In this document: piece by piece, positions 53,465 through 64,000 of the stretch
Numbering within the stretch: position 1 is the first letter of the stretch
Layout: every line of letters starts with the position of its first letter
Origin: Armatimonadota bacterium
GTDB lineage: Bacteria; Armatimonadota; HRBIN16
DNA: 64,000 nucleotides
Direction of reading: 5' to 3'
NCBI GenBank assembly: GCA_963677485.1
Contig: OY781964.1
Coordinates: 2,016,001-2,080,000 of the forward strand
Notes under the pieces: generated by a model
Databases searched by the model: none
What the model was told of the DNA's origin: nothing
Seen by the model: only the letters and a program-made list of their open reading frames with translations
Position numbers and translations under genes: made by a program

Positions 53465-54532
53465 ATGGCTATCAGCAAAGAAGCATTCGCTCCCGAAGCC
53501 GCGAACTCACCCTCCCTGCTGCGTGACGCGCCGGAGATACCGGTGATGCAGCGCGCCATAGTCACCAAACAGGGCGGACTGTGGCCTACCATAGGCGCTC
53601 TGCCCGATGGCAGCCTGCTGGCTCTGGGCTACAACGCACCAGGACACACCACTCTGCCCGGCGATGTGGGGGCCTGGCGCAGCACAGACGGCGGCCAAAA
53701 CTGGCAGCTTCACAGCCAGATTATCCGACCAGTTGACAACAGCAACTGGTGCGATTCCTGCTGGGGTTTGACCAAACGCGGACGGCTTGTGTTCCTGACC
53801 GGCGGATATGCCGACCCAGAAGACAAAAACAAACGCCGTCACCCTATCGAAACAGGCGCCTTCATCAGCAGCGACCAGGGTCGAAGCTGGAAACAGGACG
53901 GCCGTTTCCCGCCATGCTTCCCGAAGGGTGAGCTGACGCGGCCTTATGGCCGGATTGTGCTGGGTCATGACGGCTTTTTGTATACCATCGCCTACGCACA
54001 CTACAACGACGGTGGCAATGGTGCCTATATTGTGACCAGCCACGACGAAGGCAGGCACTGGGAGGTGTTGAGCTACATCACCCCGGATATCAACGAGGGG
54101 GCATTGCTGCCGTTGAAAAGCCGAGGGCACTGGCTGGCCGAAATCCGCACCACCGACCGCCCCGCCCCCGAGCTGGGACAGGAGACACGCCAGTTTCGCA
54201 GCACGGACAATGGCTTGAGTTGGGTCGATGAGGGGTTGACAGCCGGTTACCACTGCCACCCAGCCAGCTTGATCGCGCTGAAGGACGGTCGTTTGCTGCT
54301 CACCTACGGTAACCGGCGGAACCGCCGTATCGAGGTGCGCTTGTCGCATGACGAAGGTGCCACCTCGGGCCTTCCCATGAGTATCGCCGCGGTGAATCCG
54401 GGCGATATGGGCTATCCCAGCAGCGTGCAGCGTAAGGATGGGGTGGTAGTCACCGTGTTCTACGCCCTCAGCACCGCGCTGTGTGAGGGGTATCACATGG
54501 AGACAGCCATCTGGAAGCTGCCGGAGGGGTAG
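53465..54532 (+). CDS. sialidase-like BNR/Asp-box repeat protein
   Basis: Asp-boxes STDGGQNW, SSDQGRSW, SHDEGRHW, STDNGLSW; DMGYPSSV. Confidence 0.85.
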   Translation: MAISKEAFAPEAANSPSLLRDAPEIPVMQRAIVTKQGGLWPTIGALPDGSLLALGYNAPGHTTLPGDVGAWRSTDGGQNWQLHSQIIRPVDNSNWCDSCWGLTKRGRLVFLTGGYADPEDKNKRRHPIETGAFISSDQGRSWKQDGRFPPCFPKGELTRPYGRIVLGHDGFLYTIAYAHYNDGGNGAYIVTSHDEGRHWEVLSYITPDINEGALLPLKSRGHWLAEIRTTDRPAPELGQETRQFRSTDNGLSWVDEGLTAGYHCHPASLIALKDGRLLLTYGNRRNRRIEVRLSHDEGATSGLPMSIAAVNPGDMGYPSSVQRKDGVVVTVFYALSTALCEGYHMETAIWKLPEG

Positions 54533-54544
54533 TGGTCTTTCTTA

Positions 54545-55725
54545 ACCGCGGATGAACGCAGATGGACACGGATGGGGAAGGGAAATGTCCGTTAGCATAT
54601 TGGTGTGCCAAGGGTAGACCGAGCTGCTGATTTGTCATAACCGCGGATGGACACGGATGGACACGGATGGGAAGGGAAATGTCGATTATCACATCGGCGT
54701 TCCCAGGGGTGGTTCGGTCGCGGTTTTTCCGCATATGAGGCAGGCACGGGGGCACTGCCCCTACAGCCAGCCTGCTATCTTACCTTCCCATCCGCGTTCA
54801 TCCGCGTTCATCCGTGGTTGATGGTATCAGTGCTGCGGGGCAACTCCCCATTTGTGTCCATTCGTGTCTATTCGTGGTTAACAAAAACAGCACCCCGGCG
54901 GTCATTCCCTAATTTGCGTCATCTGTGAAATCTGTGGATTGTAACTCCCTCATGTCAATCGCTATCTGCAAGGAAAAAGACCGGCGCGGTCTTAGGCCAT
55001 CCGTAGACGTAAGCGTACCGTCAGACCGCCCCGGACATAGCCAATCGGGGCGTACCAGCAGCGGACTATTCCCCAATCTGCGCCATCTGCGTAATCTGTG
55101 GAATACCATTCCCCATCCGCGTTGATCCGCGGTTGATGGTATCAGTGCTGCGGGCCCCTCCCCATTTGTGTCTATTTGTGTCCATTCGTGGTTAACAAAA
55201 ACAGCACCCCGGCGGTCATTCCCTAATTTGCTTCATCTGTGAAATCTGTGGATTACCACTCCCTCCATGTCAATCGCCATCCGCAAGGAAAAAGACCGGC
55301 GCGGTCTTAGGCCATCCGTAGCCGTAAGATTACCGTCAGACCGCCCCGGACATAGCCAATCGGGGCGTACCAGCAGCGGACTATTCCCCAATCTGTGTCA
55401 TCTGCGTAATCTGTGGAATACCATTCCTCATCCGCGTTCATCTGTGAAATCTGTGGATTGAAACTTCCTCCATGTCAATCTCCATCCGCAAGGAAAAAGA
55501 CCGGCGCGGTCTTGGGCCATACGTAAACGCAAGAGTTCTGTCAGACCGCCCGGACATAGCTAATCGGGGCGTACCAGCAACGAACTATTCCCAATCTGTG
55601 TCATCTGTGTCATCTGTGTAATCTGTGGATTGGTATTCCCATCAGCGTCCATCGGCGTTCAACAGCGGTTAACGAAAACAACCATTACCCAATCTGTGCC
55701 ATCTGTGTAATCTGTGGATTGTTAC
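54545..55725. repeat. tandem array of composite repeats
   Basis: Family B hairpin at 54978, 55293 and 55498 (periods 315 and 205 bp) interleaved with 9- and 10-nt period motifs. Confidence 0.9.
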
Positions 55726-55737
55726 TCCCCTCCGCCC

Positions 55738-56835
55738 CTACCGCAGCACGCGCTTGACCACCACGCCGGTACGGCCGGACACCGTGCTCCAGCACACCCC
55801 CCGGCTGACGCTGGCCTCCACTGTCAGACCGTTGCCCATATACATCGCCACATGGCCGGGCGTGACCAACAGATCGCCGATCTGCAGCTCATCGGTGATG
55901 GTCGGCAACGCGGAATACTGCCCGATCGCCTGACTGCTGCGCGGCAGCTTGATGCCCAGCTCCGCATACACTCCGCCCACAAACCCGCTGCAGTCGGTTC
56001 TGACCTGGCACTTCTGCGCACCATATAGATAAGGTGTGCCCTGCCACTTCTCCACCAGAGCCACCAGCCTCTCACGAGTGCCATCCATACGCGCATCCAG
56101 CGGGCTGTCCATCCTGGCCTTCACAAACACCGGGTGACTTTGGCGGTTATCCAGCAGCATGGTGCCGTAGTTCGAGGCCACCCACACGCCGGAGGGTGCC
56201 GGAGCGATCGCCTTCAGCGAGATACCTGGCGTGTTCCAGGGCAGCAGAAGGCTGCTGCGGCGCGAGGAAAGCTCCGTGACCGCTAGTTGGTTACCGGTCA
56301 GAAACCACACGCAGGCCCCGTCCCAACTGGGCACTGCGGTAGATATGCGGGGGGTGATACCAGGCAGCGCGAGGTTGCTCCAGCGCTGGCTGGCGGAAAA
56401 CCACAGGCTGAAGTAGTCGGGAAACAGGCAGCCGTAACCGCCGCTCCATCGGCAGACCGAACGGGCGGAAGGCAGTTTTGGCTCCTTCGGATCATTTGAT
56501 AGCGTAGATGGCAGCCATTCGCCCGTCTGCTCGTTCAGCACCAGACTGCTTTGGCCGTCACGCGCCAGCACACCCTCGCTGGTGATGCTCAGATCCCCAC
56601 TGACTGGCGGGGCGTATTCGCGGCAGCTTCGGGTGTTGGTCTGGCAGAGCAACAGACGGCCATTAGCGGTCTTGATCAGCAGATGGTGGGCATAGGCGTA
56701 CACGGAGCTGGATGGGCTCGCCATGGCGGCGTCCCAGTCGACCGTGCTCTGCGCCGAGGCAATGATGGGGATCATCGCCATGGCGCAGAGTATGAAGACC
56801 AACCTATGCAGCAGGTAAGCGGTTACTCGCCCCAT
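55738..56835 (-). CDS. NlpC/P60 (C40) peptidase domain protein
   Basis: C-terminal GTPYLYG, DCSGFV, LPRSS, GDLL..PGHVAMY. Confidence 0.88.
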   Translation of the reverse strand: MGRVTAYLLHRLVFILCAMAMIPIIASAQSTVDWDAAMASPSSSVYAYAHHLLIKTANGRLLLCQTNTRSCREYAPPVSGDLSITSEGVLARDGQSSLVLNEQTGEWLPSTLSNDPKEPKLPSARSVCRWSGGYGCLFPDYFSLWFSASQRWSNLALPGITPRISTAVPSWDGACVWFLTGNQLAVTELSSRRSSLLLPWNTPGISLKAIAPAPSGVWVASNYGTMLLDNRQSHPVFVKARMDSPLDARMDGTRERLVALVEKWQGTPYLYGAQKCQVRTDCSGFVGGVYAELGIKLPRSSQAIGQYSALPTITDELQIGDLLVTPGHVAMYMGNGLTVEASVSRGVCWSTVSGRTGVVVKRVLR

Positions 56836-58241
56836 TCCGTGTGAAAAACACCATCCCTGTCGATGCGTTTGTAGGTGTGTGCGCCGAAATAGTCGCGCTG
56901 CGCTTGAATCATGTTCGCGGGCAGCGTTTCCGAACGGTAGCCGTCAAAATAGGCCAGCGCACTGCTGAAAGCGGGTACCGCCACACCAGCCTGCACGGCC
57001 GTAGCCACCACATGCCTCCATGCGGGCTGGTAACTGTTCAGAATCTGCCGGAAGTAGGGAGCCAGCATCAGGTTGGCCAGGTCGGGATGGGTGTGGAAGG
57101 CCTCCTCGATGCGGTCCAGGAACTGCGCCCGGATGATGCATCCGCCGCGCCACATCAGTGCGATCTCGCCGTAGTTCAGCTTCCAGTCATACTTCTCACT
57201 GGCGGAACGCATCAGTTGGAAGCCCTGGGCGTAGGAGCAGATCTTGCTGACAAACAGAGCCTGTCGCACCGCTTCCACCAGCTCCGCGGTGTTACCAACG
57301 TATTTGTACTCCGGGGCTTTGAGCAGTTTTGACGCCTCTACACGCTGGCTCTTGATGGCGCTGATGCTTCGCGCGAAGACCGCCTCCGCAACGGTGGGGG
57401 CGGCGATGCCCAGCTCCAAAGCGGCCTGGCTGGTCCATAGACCGGTGCCCTTCTGGCCCGCCTCATCCAAAATCAGCTCCACCAGCGGCTTGCCGCTGAG
57501 GGGGTCGATGGTAGCCAAAATATCGCGTGTGATCTCGATGAGGTAGCTGTTCAATTCGCCTTTGTTCCACTCGTCGAAGATGTTGTGCATCTCCGCCGCG
57601 CTCAGACCGCACACCCGGCTGAGCAGGAAATAGGCCTCGCTGATGAGCTGCATGTCGCCGTATTCAATGCCGTTATGCACCATCTTCACGAAGTGTCCCG
57701 CACCATCTGCCCCTACATACTGGCAGCAGATGCCGCCATCGCTGACCTTCGCGGCGATCGCCTGGAAAATCGGCTGTATCAGTTTCCACGCTTTATGGCT
57801 GCCGCCCGGCATGATGCTGGGACCCATCAACGCGCCTTTTTCGCCGCCTGACACGCCCACACCCATGAAGTGCAGACCCATATCCTCTACAATCGCGGTG
57901 CGTCGGATGGTATCGGGATAGTGGCTGTTGCCTCCGTCGATGATGACATCGCCCTCGTCTAGCAGTGGGATGAGCGCTTTCACAAGATCATCCACCGCGG
58001 TTCCCGCTTTCACCATCAGCATCAGCTTGCGCGGTTTACCTATACTGCTGACCAGCTCCTCAAGCGAATGGGTGCCAATGATATTCTTCCCTGCGGCCTG
58101 TCCGTTGATGAAGTCATCGACCTTGCTGGTGGTTCGATTGTATACGGCCACAGTAAAGCCATTACGTTCCATATTCAAAACCAGGTTTTCGCCCATTACG
58201 GCAAGCCCAATCAGGCCAATATCTGCAAGCGGCATAGCCAT
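56823..58241 (-). CDS. gndA: 6-phosphogluconate dehydrogenase, decarboxylating
   Basis: IGLIGLAVMG, IDGGN, VSGGE, FVKMVHNGIEYGDMQ, QKGTG, QRDYFGAHTY. Confidence 0.98.
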   Translation of the reverse strand: MAMPLADIGLIGLAVMGENLVLNMERNGFTVAVYNRTTSKVDDFINGQAAGKNIIGTHSLEELVSSIGKPRKLMLMVKAGTAVDDLVKALIPLLDEGDVIIDGGNSHYPDTIRRTAIVEDMGLHFMGVGVSGGEKGALMGPSIMPGGSHKAWKLIQPIFQAIAAKVSDGGICCQYVGADGAGHFVKMVHNGIEYGDMQLISEAYFLLSRVCGLSAAEMHNIFDEWNKGELNSYLIEITRDILATIDPLSGKPLVELILDEAGQKGTGLWTSQAALELGIAAPTVAEAVFARSISAIKSQRVEASKLLKAPEYKYVGNTAELVEAVRQALFVSKICSYAQGFQLMRSASEKYDWKLNYGEIALMWRGGCIIRAQFLDRIEEAFHTHPDLANLMLAPYFRQILNSYQPAWRHVVATAVQAGVAVPAFSSALAYFDGYRSETLPANMIQAQRDYFGAHTYKRIDRDGVFHTEWGE

Positions 58242-58400
58242 CCTCCGTGTGATGTGGTCGTTAATATCCGGGATAACGGTGCGTGAAAGCTGTACACTAC
58301 ATTGTTAGTGTACGCTAAATCATGCTTCCGTTGGCATGGCCAACGCGTCTAGAAGTTACATCACTCACCGTTAATCATCTCGTCTATGGAGGGCTCTGGC

Positions 58401-59336
58401 GTGCGCAAGCAAACCGCCTTTACTCTTATCGAGCTGCTAGTAGTTATTGCTATTATCGCAATACTCGCGGCGATCCTGTTCCCCGTGTTTGCTCAGGCGC
58501 GTGAGAGAGCCAAACAGGCGACCTGCATCAGCAACCTCAAGCAGTGGGGGTCGGCGATGTCGATGTATAAATCCGACAATGATGACACTTTTCCGCTGGC
58601 CTATGGCTGGTTTGCCCGGCCTGACATCGGCTGGCTGGATATGGTCAGCATCGAAACACCCGCAGGATGGGTTCCGTATGAGACCGTTGCGGGCTGGAGC
58701 CCTGAAGAGACCAACCAACTGGCCGACGGCATGAGGGTCGCCTGGGCGAATTCGCTGATGCCCTACATCAAAAGCTGGAAGATCCTCGCCTGCCCGAGTG
58801 CCCAGCTTTACCGCTCGCCGGAGATGCTGGACTACTACCCGAAGCAAAAGAAGACGCCACAGACCACCACTTACAACTACAACGGCTATCTGATGGCACT
58901 GCCCGATTCGCAGGTGGCCTGGCCCAGCGGTCTTGTAATGATGTGGGAGGGACAGGCGAAGAGTGCCTATCTGGGGCACGCGCGCAGTCTGCCCTTGCTG
59001 CACTGCCGAAACAGGCTGGAAGCATGCCGCTATCTGGGCGATGCCGACAACTGCCACGATGGGCAAAACGGCGGCACCGGGGAGCTATGGCCCTCGGCGA
59101 ACGGGCTAGACCCCAACCCGCACGGCAACAAACTGAATATGCTCTACTGTGACGGTCATGCCGCGATGTTCAAGCCGGTGATGAGCTACAATGCGGCCAA
59201 CCGCCTGACCCAGCCGCGTTATCTGCGCGAGGGAGCAAGCCTCACCGCTCCCCTGGCCGATGACTACCGTAATTATCGCAGCGACCACGGCTGTTATGAC
59301 GCGCCTATGTTCATGCCGGATACGGATAAGGATTGA
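58401..59336 (+). CDS. prepilin-type N-terminal cleavage/methylation protein (DUF1559 / H-X9-DG)
   Basis: [37 protein letters not shown]; H-X9-DG ([13 protein letters not shown]). Confidence 0.92.
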   Translation: MRKQTAFTLIELLVVIAIIAILAAILFPVFAQARERAKQATCISNLKQWGSAMSMYKSDNDDTFPLAYGWFARPDIGWLDMVSIETPAGWVPYETVAGWSPEETNQLADGMRVAWANSLMPYIKSWKILACPSAQLYRSPEMLDYYPKQKKTPQTTTYNYNGYLMALPDSQVAWPSGLVMMWEGQAKSAYLGHARSLPLLHCRNRLEACRYLGDADNCHDGQNGGTGELWPSANGLDPNPHGNKLNMLYCDGHAAMFKPVMSYNAANRLTQPRYLREGASLTAPLADDYRNYRSDHGCYDAPMFMPDTDKD

Positions 59337-59483
59337 GGGAGGAGCGAGAAGCGAGGAGAATAGGACAGTTCACGTCCACCTCGTCCTACTCATCTGACCC
59401 GTCTTATGGTGCCGCGCAAGAAGGGCGGTTCGCGAACCGCCCCCACACATTCCACCCTGCCCACCCCTACATAAGGCCCTAAC

Positions 59484-61607
59484 TCACTGCCCCGGCTGGT
59501 AAAGCAGCTCCAGCACGGGCCGCCAGTCGGGTTTGGGGCTCCCGGGGGCAGCAAGGGCAGCGTATTCGCTGCGGTTGTCGCCGTTGGTGGGCCTCTGGAA
59601 CCGCACCCGCAGATGCGTGAGCCCCTCTCTGTTCACGTAGCCTAAACCGCGAGGCTCAAGCGACGCCCAACCCTGGAGCCCATCAGCATATAGTATTGAA
59701 AAGGCCCCAGCTTGCAGCATATCAGCCGGTTCGATCGTGCCCGTAGCATCCGTGCCGCCAAACTCACCACGCTTGATATCTACCACCAGCCGGTTGCCCC
59801 ACAGCTCCCGCTAGCTCCACGGACCCTCCCAGGGCTTCTCCACACTGCCCATCACCCCAGTGCGGGTCAGCTTCAGCACCGCTCCGACCAGTTTCGCCCG
59901 TTTAGGCATCACCGAGGTGTCGAAGCTGAGCAGCATGGTGGTCTGCGTGTTCTGGTCGGTATCACCCACGGACACCGTCCCGAGCTGGGCCTCATTGCTG
60001 CCAGCCACACCCGGTACGGTCAGGCTGACAGGCAGCGCAGATGGTGGTACCGGTGCGTCTTGTTGCCGGTCGTTGCTGTGGGTTAGCCGCACAAACTGAA
60101 GCTCTGTACCTGAACTCTGGGGGAACGACACCCGCAGTTGCGTCAGAACGGCCAGCGGGGTCAGGGTATCGATACGGAAGAACTTGTCGACTACACCGCC
60201 TGTTGCGGGCGGAAGCGCTAGACCGCGCGGAGTATTCGCAATCGTGTCGGCTTCTGTCAGAAAACTAAACTTCCCCGCGGCAGCGCTTCTCTGCCGGTAG
60301 CGCACCCAAAGGTAGCTCGGTTCGGTAATCACAAACCAGCTTGGTTGGACCCATCCTGCCGCCGTCAGTTTGACATGGTCCCACCACACCGCTTTACCCG
60401 CGACATCCGTCCACTGACGGAATCTGTTCTTCGCGGGGTCGGCCTTCTGCAGTTCCGACATGTCCGAAAACGCCTTGCGATTGGGCCGGGGGTAGAATCC
60501 GCAGTTTTCGTATAAGGCCTCATTACGGGAGTCACTGCAGTTGATCTCCGCGGCATCATGCGCGTTCGTGGGGTTGATGGAGTTGTTGAAGAAGCTGCAA
60601 CTGCGCACATTGATGTTCTTGTTGAGCCCGCCGGTGGTGAGGTGCATCAATCCGCAGCCGTCATTGCCATAAAACAGGCAGTTGTCAAAGCTGATATTTT
60701 CACTGCTGCCCTCTATGTCCAATCCGCCGCCATCAGGGCATCCATTACGCCGCGTGCCGGAAAAGATGCACTCACGAAAGCTGATGTTCGCCGTACTCTG
60801 TATCATGCCCGCTGCGGTGCCCCACTGGATGGTTCCACCTGAGCCGAAACTATGCACGCGATACAGCTCGCTGTCGGCCATGTCGATGGTGCCAAACGCC
60901 CCGCCGAAACAGCCATCCGCCACCGAGTTTTCATACTTCAGGTGCCGAACGCGGTTTGGATTCGGCTTTGGCCAGTACCAGGCGGAGTAGACGCCCACAC
61001 CATAGATACGGGCGAACCGGCAGTTGCGGACGGTGACGCCGTCCAGCACCGTATCGGTGTGGTTGGCGCTTCCGCCGATGAACACGCCGCATGTCCAGGC
61101 CAGCTCATAATTGTGTTTCAATGGGTCGCATGTGCGGTCGGGCATATCGGCAAAGTGGCACTGCTCCACTACCATGCCCGTGTGAGCATAGGAGTTGTTA
61201 TACCTAAGGTAGACACCCACCTTCGCATGGCGCAGCGAGAGGCCCCTGACCGTCCACCAACTGCCGTTCTCGATGGTGATGGCGCAGTCATTGGCCGTAT
61301 CCACACCGGTGATAATCGGCCGCACGCCTTTACCGTAGGAGCTGAGCAGGATGGGTTTTTCCGCGCTGCCGGAGCCTAGCAGTTTGAATGGTCCTTTGTA
61401 GACGCCACCCGATTGCAGCAGAACCTTGTCCCCTGGCTGAAGCGTCTTACCGTCCAGTGGCTTCAGGCTGCGCCACGCGGTGGCGGGGGTGCTGCCGGAG
61501 TTGGCGTCGCTGCCTGTGGGCGAGGCGTAGTATTCCGCGCCGTGTGCGGCCAGAAGTGCGGCCAGTATATAGCTACCAGCTAGTAGTGTTGTGAACAGGT
61601 GTCTCAT
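59484..61607 (-). pseudogene. secreted right-handed beta-helix protein interrupted by one in-frame TAG
   Basis: YYASPTGSDANSG..P..AWRSL and beta-helix repeats; ORFs 59811-61607 and 59484-59786 are in the same frame, separated only by TAG at 59813-59811. Confidence 0.75.
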
Positions 61608-61720
61608 TTAGTCCATCCCCTTGGCTTCGTAGTGGTCCTGACAACATATTACAGTGAACAGCATCGTATGAGAAGCACGAAAGCAAGTAACGACTCAGTT
61701 TCAGCAATGGTCATTGGTAA

Positions 61721-61980
61721 TGATCGACGGGTGCCAGGGGCATCCATACGCCGGCCGGAGCGAAGCGACGCCGGCCGATAATGATCAGCCGCGCGGTGCA
61801 GGAACCCGCACTAGACGCAATTCCCGGAGCGTCAGCTCCCGGAATGTAGTCGTGTGGGTGACTAAACCCGCGGCAGCGTGGTCGATCATCTACGATCAAC
61901 ACCACCGGCACTTGGCGACGGGTTCCGTGGCCCGTCCGTGACTTCGTCCCGGTACGGGCACTGTCACCCGTCGCTGATCA
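61721..61980. repeat. 260-nt multi-hairpin element closed by terminal complementary arms
   Basis: cgacgggtg/cacccgtcg and tgatc/gatca ends; internal 41 bp shared with 17150-17190. Confidence 0.55.
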
Positions 61981-62057
61981 ATACCGGCCCGCGTTCCGGC
62001 GGGCGTTGGGAAGGCCCAGTGCCGGTTGTCCCCTCCGTCAAAACCCCGCCAATAGAC

Positions 62058-63368
62058 CTACACGCCGTCACGCACCCACTGGCGGATCACGGCCGCCGCG
62101 CCGCCCTTCACCGGGTCGGCGTAATAGCCGCTGGTGGGCGGGTCGGTGAAGCCCCACACATCGATCAGCACACAGCCGTGCTGCCACATCGAGTTCATAA
62201 ACTCGCTCCAGCTTTCGGTGGTGTGCTGTTTGATAAAGTAGGTCTCAGCACAGGCAAATGCGTTGGCCTTTCGGTCCGCAGCCACCAGCTTACGATGCAG
62301 ATTGTGCAGGTCATACTCTGCGGTGGCGTTGGACAGCGTGAAGCCGGGCAGACTGTGCTTGTTCACCGATGCCCAGATCGGCGGCAGATGGGTGGAGGGC
62401 GTTTCCACCTTGCTGTCGATCCCGACCATGTGGGTGAACAACCGCTCTTTTGGCAGACCAACCCTGTTCGCCCACTGCGCCATTCTCGCGGAGTGACGCT
62501 GGATCACGCCAAACAGAATCTGGTTGCGCAACACCGGGATGGCCAGGTTCTTCTTGATCGCTTCCGCCCTCAGCCTGGCCTCAGAATAACCCATGAGGTG
62601 CAGGCTGTGGTAGCCGGTCTGGGCCATCTCCCACCGCTCCATCTGCCTCGGAACGGTTTCGTTGACGGCGGTGGGCGGCTTCGAGGGGTCCATCATATAC
62701 ACCGGCACACCGGGTTCGTAAGTGGGCACATGGGTTTCCCAGCCGATGGCCATACCGGCGAAGAGATACTCCCTGCCTGCCATTTTCAACCGCTCCAAAC
62801 GCCGGCGGACAGGCTTGGCCACGCCTTCCACCAGTTGCTTCTGGACGTATCGCTGGTAATCGCGGCTCTCAAAGCAGGGGATGGCGGGGTTTGCTCCCCA
62901 CACGCCCCAGTTGAACAAGAACCGCGGCAGTCTGGGTTTGGGTCGCTCCGGCGTGGGGAACTCCACCCATTCGCAAATCTCGGGTTTGTCGCGGAACCAG
63001 GCTGGGGTGTAATTCTGGTCATCGACCTGGAAGTATACCGGCATGTCATGCCGTTCCGCCCAGTCGAAGCCGTTATTGACCATCTGCTGCAGCTCGGTGA
63101 TGCTGGAGCCCAACAGGTAAGGTGATAAGCCAAACCCAACATGGTGATGGCCACCCGGGTGCTCGCTCCAAAACGCCTGTTTGATCTGCAGCACAGCCTT
63201 CTCCCAAGCGTCCGGGGGCACGTTGGTGAGTTGGCACACGATGTAGCGATCCGTGCCCAGCGGTGTGATCTGACACTGGCTGCACCCCGCGGGCACTTTG
63301 GCTGGATTGTTCAAGGCTTCCTCCGATACTGGGTATGTCTGTGGCTGCGTATACATATTGTATGCCAC
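62058..63368 (-). CDS. hypothetical protein, possibly glycoside hydrolase-like TIM barrel
   Basis: 436-aa ORF; AGMAIGWET and ACAET acidic motifs; start uncertain. Confidence 0.65.
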   Translation of the reverse strand: MAYNMYTQPQTYPVSEEALNNPAKVPAGCSQCQITPLGTDRYIVCQLTNVPPDAWEKAVLQIKQAFWSEHPGGHHHVGFGLSPYLLGSSITELQQMVNNGFDWAERHDMPVYFQVDDQNYTPAWFRDKPEICEWVEFPTPERPKPRLPRFLFNWGVWGANPAIPCFESRDYQRYVQKQLVEGVAKPVRRRLERLKMAGREYLFAGMAIGWETHVPTYEPGVPVYMMDPSKPPTAVNETVPRQMERWEMAQTGYHSLHLMGYSEARLRAEAIKKNLAIPVLRNQILFGVIQRHSARMAQWANRVGLPKERLFTHMVGIDSKVETPSTHLPPIWASVNKHSLPGFTLSNATAEYDLHNLHRKLVAADRKANAFACAETYFIKQHTTESWSEFMNSMWQHGCVLIDVWGFTDPPTSGYYADPVKGGAAAVIRQWVRDGV

Positions 63369-63590
63369 AGTTAGAAACTATATGCTAGCGTGGCCTATGT
63401 CCGGGGCGGTCTGTGCGCAGGTTAGCGGTTGCAGAAGGTTCAAGACCGCGCCGGTCTGGCGGATAGCCACATAGATTTATGTCGAGAAATTGACCGGCGC
63501 GGTCGATATCCGTCTCTGTCGCCTCTTGCGCCGGTGGCGGGACACCGTTATACTTATAGCGAACGGAACCCACATTTCTAAGGAGCCATC

Positions 63591-64000
63591 ATGAACAGCA
63601 TAGATAAGTTGCAGGGACTTCGGTTCCGCCAGATACACCTCGATTTCCACACCGCAGAGATGATCCCGGGCATCGGTGAGCAGTTTGATGCCGAGGAGTT
63701 CGCCGAGACGCTGCAAAAGGCCGGCGTGGACTCCATCACCTGCTTTGCCAGATGCCACCACGGATACATCTATTACCAGAACACCAAATTCCCTGCCAAA
63801 CACCCCAACTTGAGCTGTGACCTTCTGACCGAGCAGATCAAGGCCTGCCACAAGCGCGGCATCCGCGTGCCCATCTATGTGACGGTTGGCTGGGACGAAT
63901 ATATGGCGAAACGCCATCCTGAGTGGCTGCAGCGCGACGACCAAGGCAAGCCCATCTGGGCCGGCCCATTCAAAGACGGCTGGAAGTTCCTGTGCTACAA
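63591..64000 (+). CDS. GHL6/GH151-like glycoside hydrolase (putative alpha-L-fucosidase), partial
   Basis: AGGAG RBS; own translation MNSIDKLQGLRFRQIHLDFHT...SITCFARCHHGYIYY...HPNL...HPEW; runs off the window end. Confidence 0.85.
   Translation, partial: MNSIDKLQGLRFRQIHLDFHTAEMIPGIGEQFDAEEFAETLQKAGVDSITCFARCHHGYIYYQNTKFPAKHPNLSCDLLTEQIKACHKRGIRVPIYVTVGWDEYMAKRHPEWLQRDDQGKPIWAGPFKDGWKFLCY

Noticed and set aside
54545-55725. CRISPR or TIGR-like array
   Set aside because: Periods of 205-315 bp, spacers related to one another, and no cas or Nop-domain gene nearby.
58401-59336. Type IV pilus or type II secretion locus
   Set aside because: A lone DUF1559-type prepilin-like gene, common in this lineage, with no assembly genes adjacent.
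61721-61980. RNase P, tmRNA, SRP, 6S or cobalamin riboswitch
   Set aside because: None of the diagnostic motifs was found on either strand.

Overview
Bacterial chromosomal segment, most likely Armatimonadota (inferred from a DUF1559 prepilin-like protein, a PEP-CTERM protein, a dockerin-like 'DADGDNQVNLFDF' FGE protein and the 16S sequence). It starts with a minus-strand rRNA operon (16S, tRNA-Ile, tRNA-Ala, partial 23S). The rest mixes glycoside hydrolases, ABC transporters and housekeeping genes (parA, parB, galK, rho, hpt, guaA, purH with a ZTP riboswitch, cstA, gndA). Highlights: (1) a complete IS110/IS621-type element whose bridge RNA guides can be read directly and match its own donor junction and REP target; (2) a probable oriC at about 21.1-21.45 kb that is not next to dnaA, with a perfect parS inside parB 12 kb away; (3) a direct-repeat-flanked DUF3800 gene with a convergent structured small RNA; (4) several dispersed repeat families, including a hairpin whose variable internal spacer is 29 nt in all nine copies; (5) a gene split by one in-frame TAG. 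All calls come from visual motif recognition; no searches or folding programs were run.
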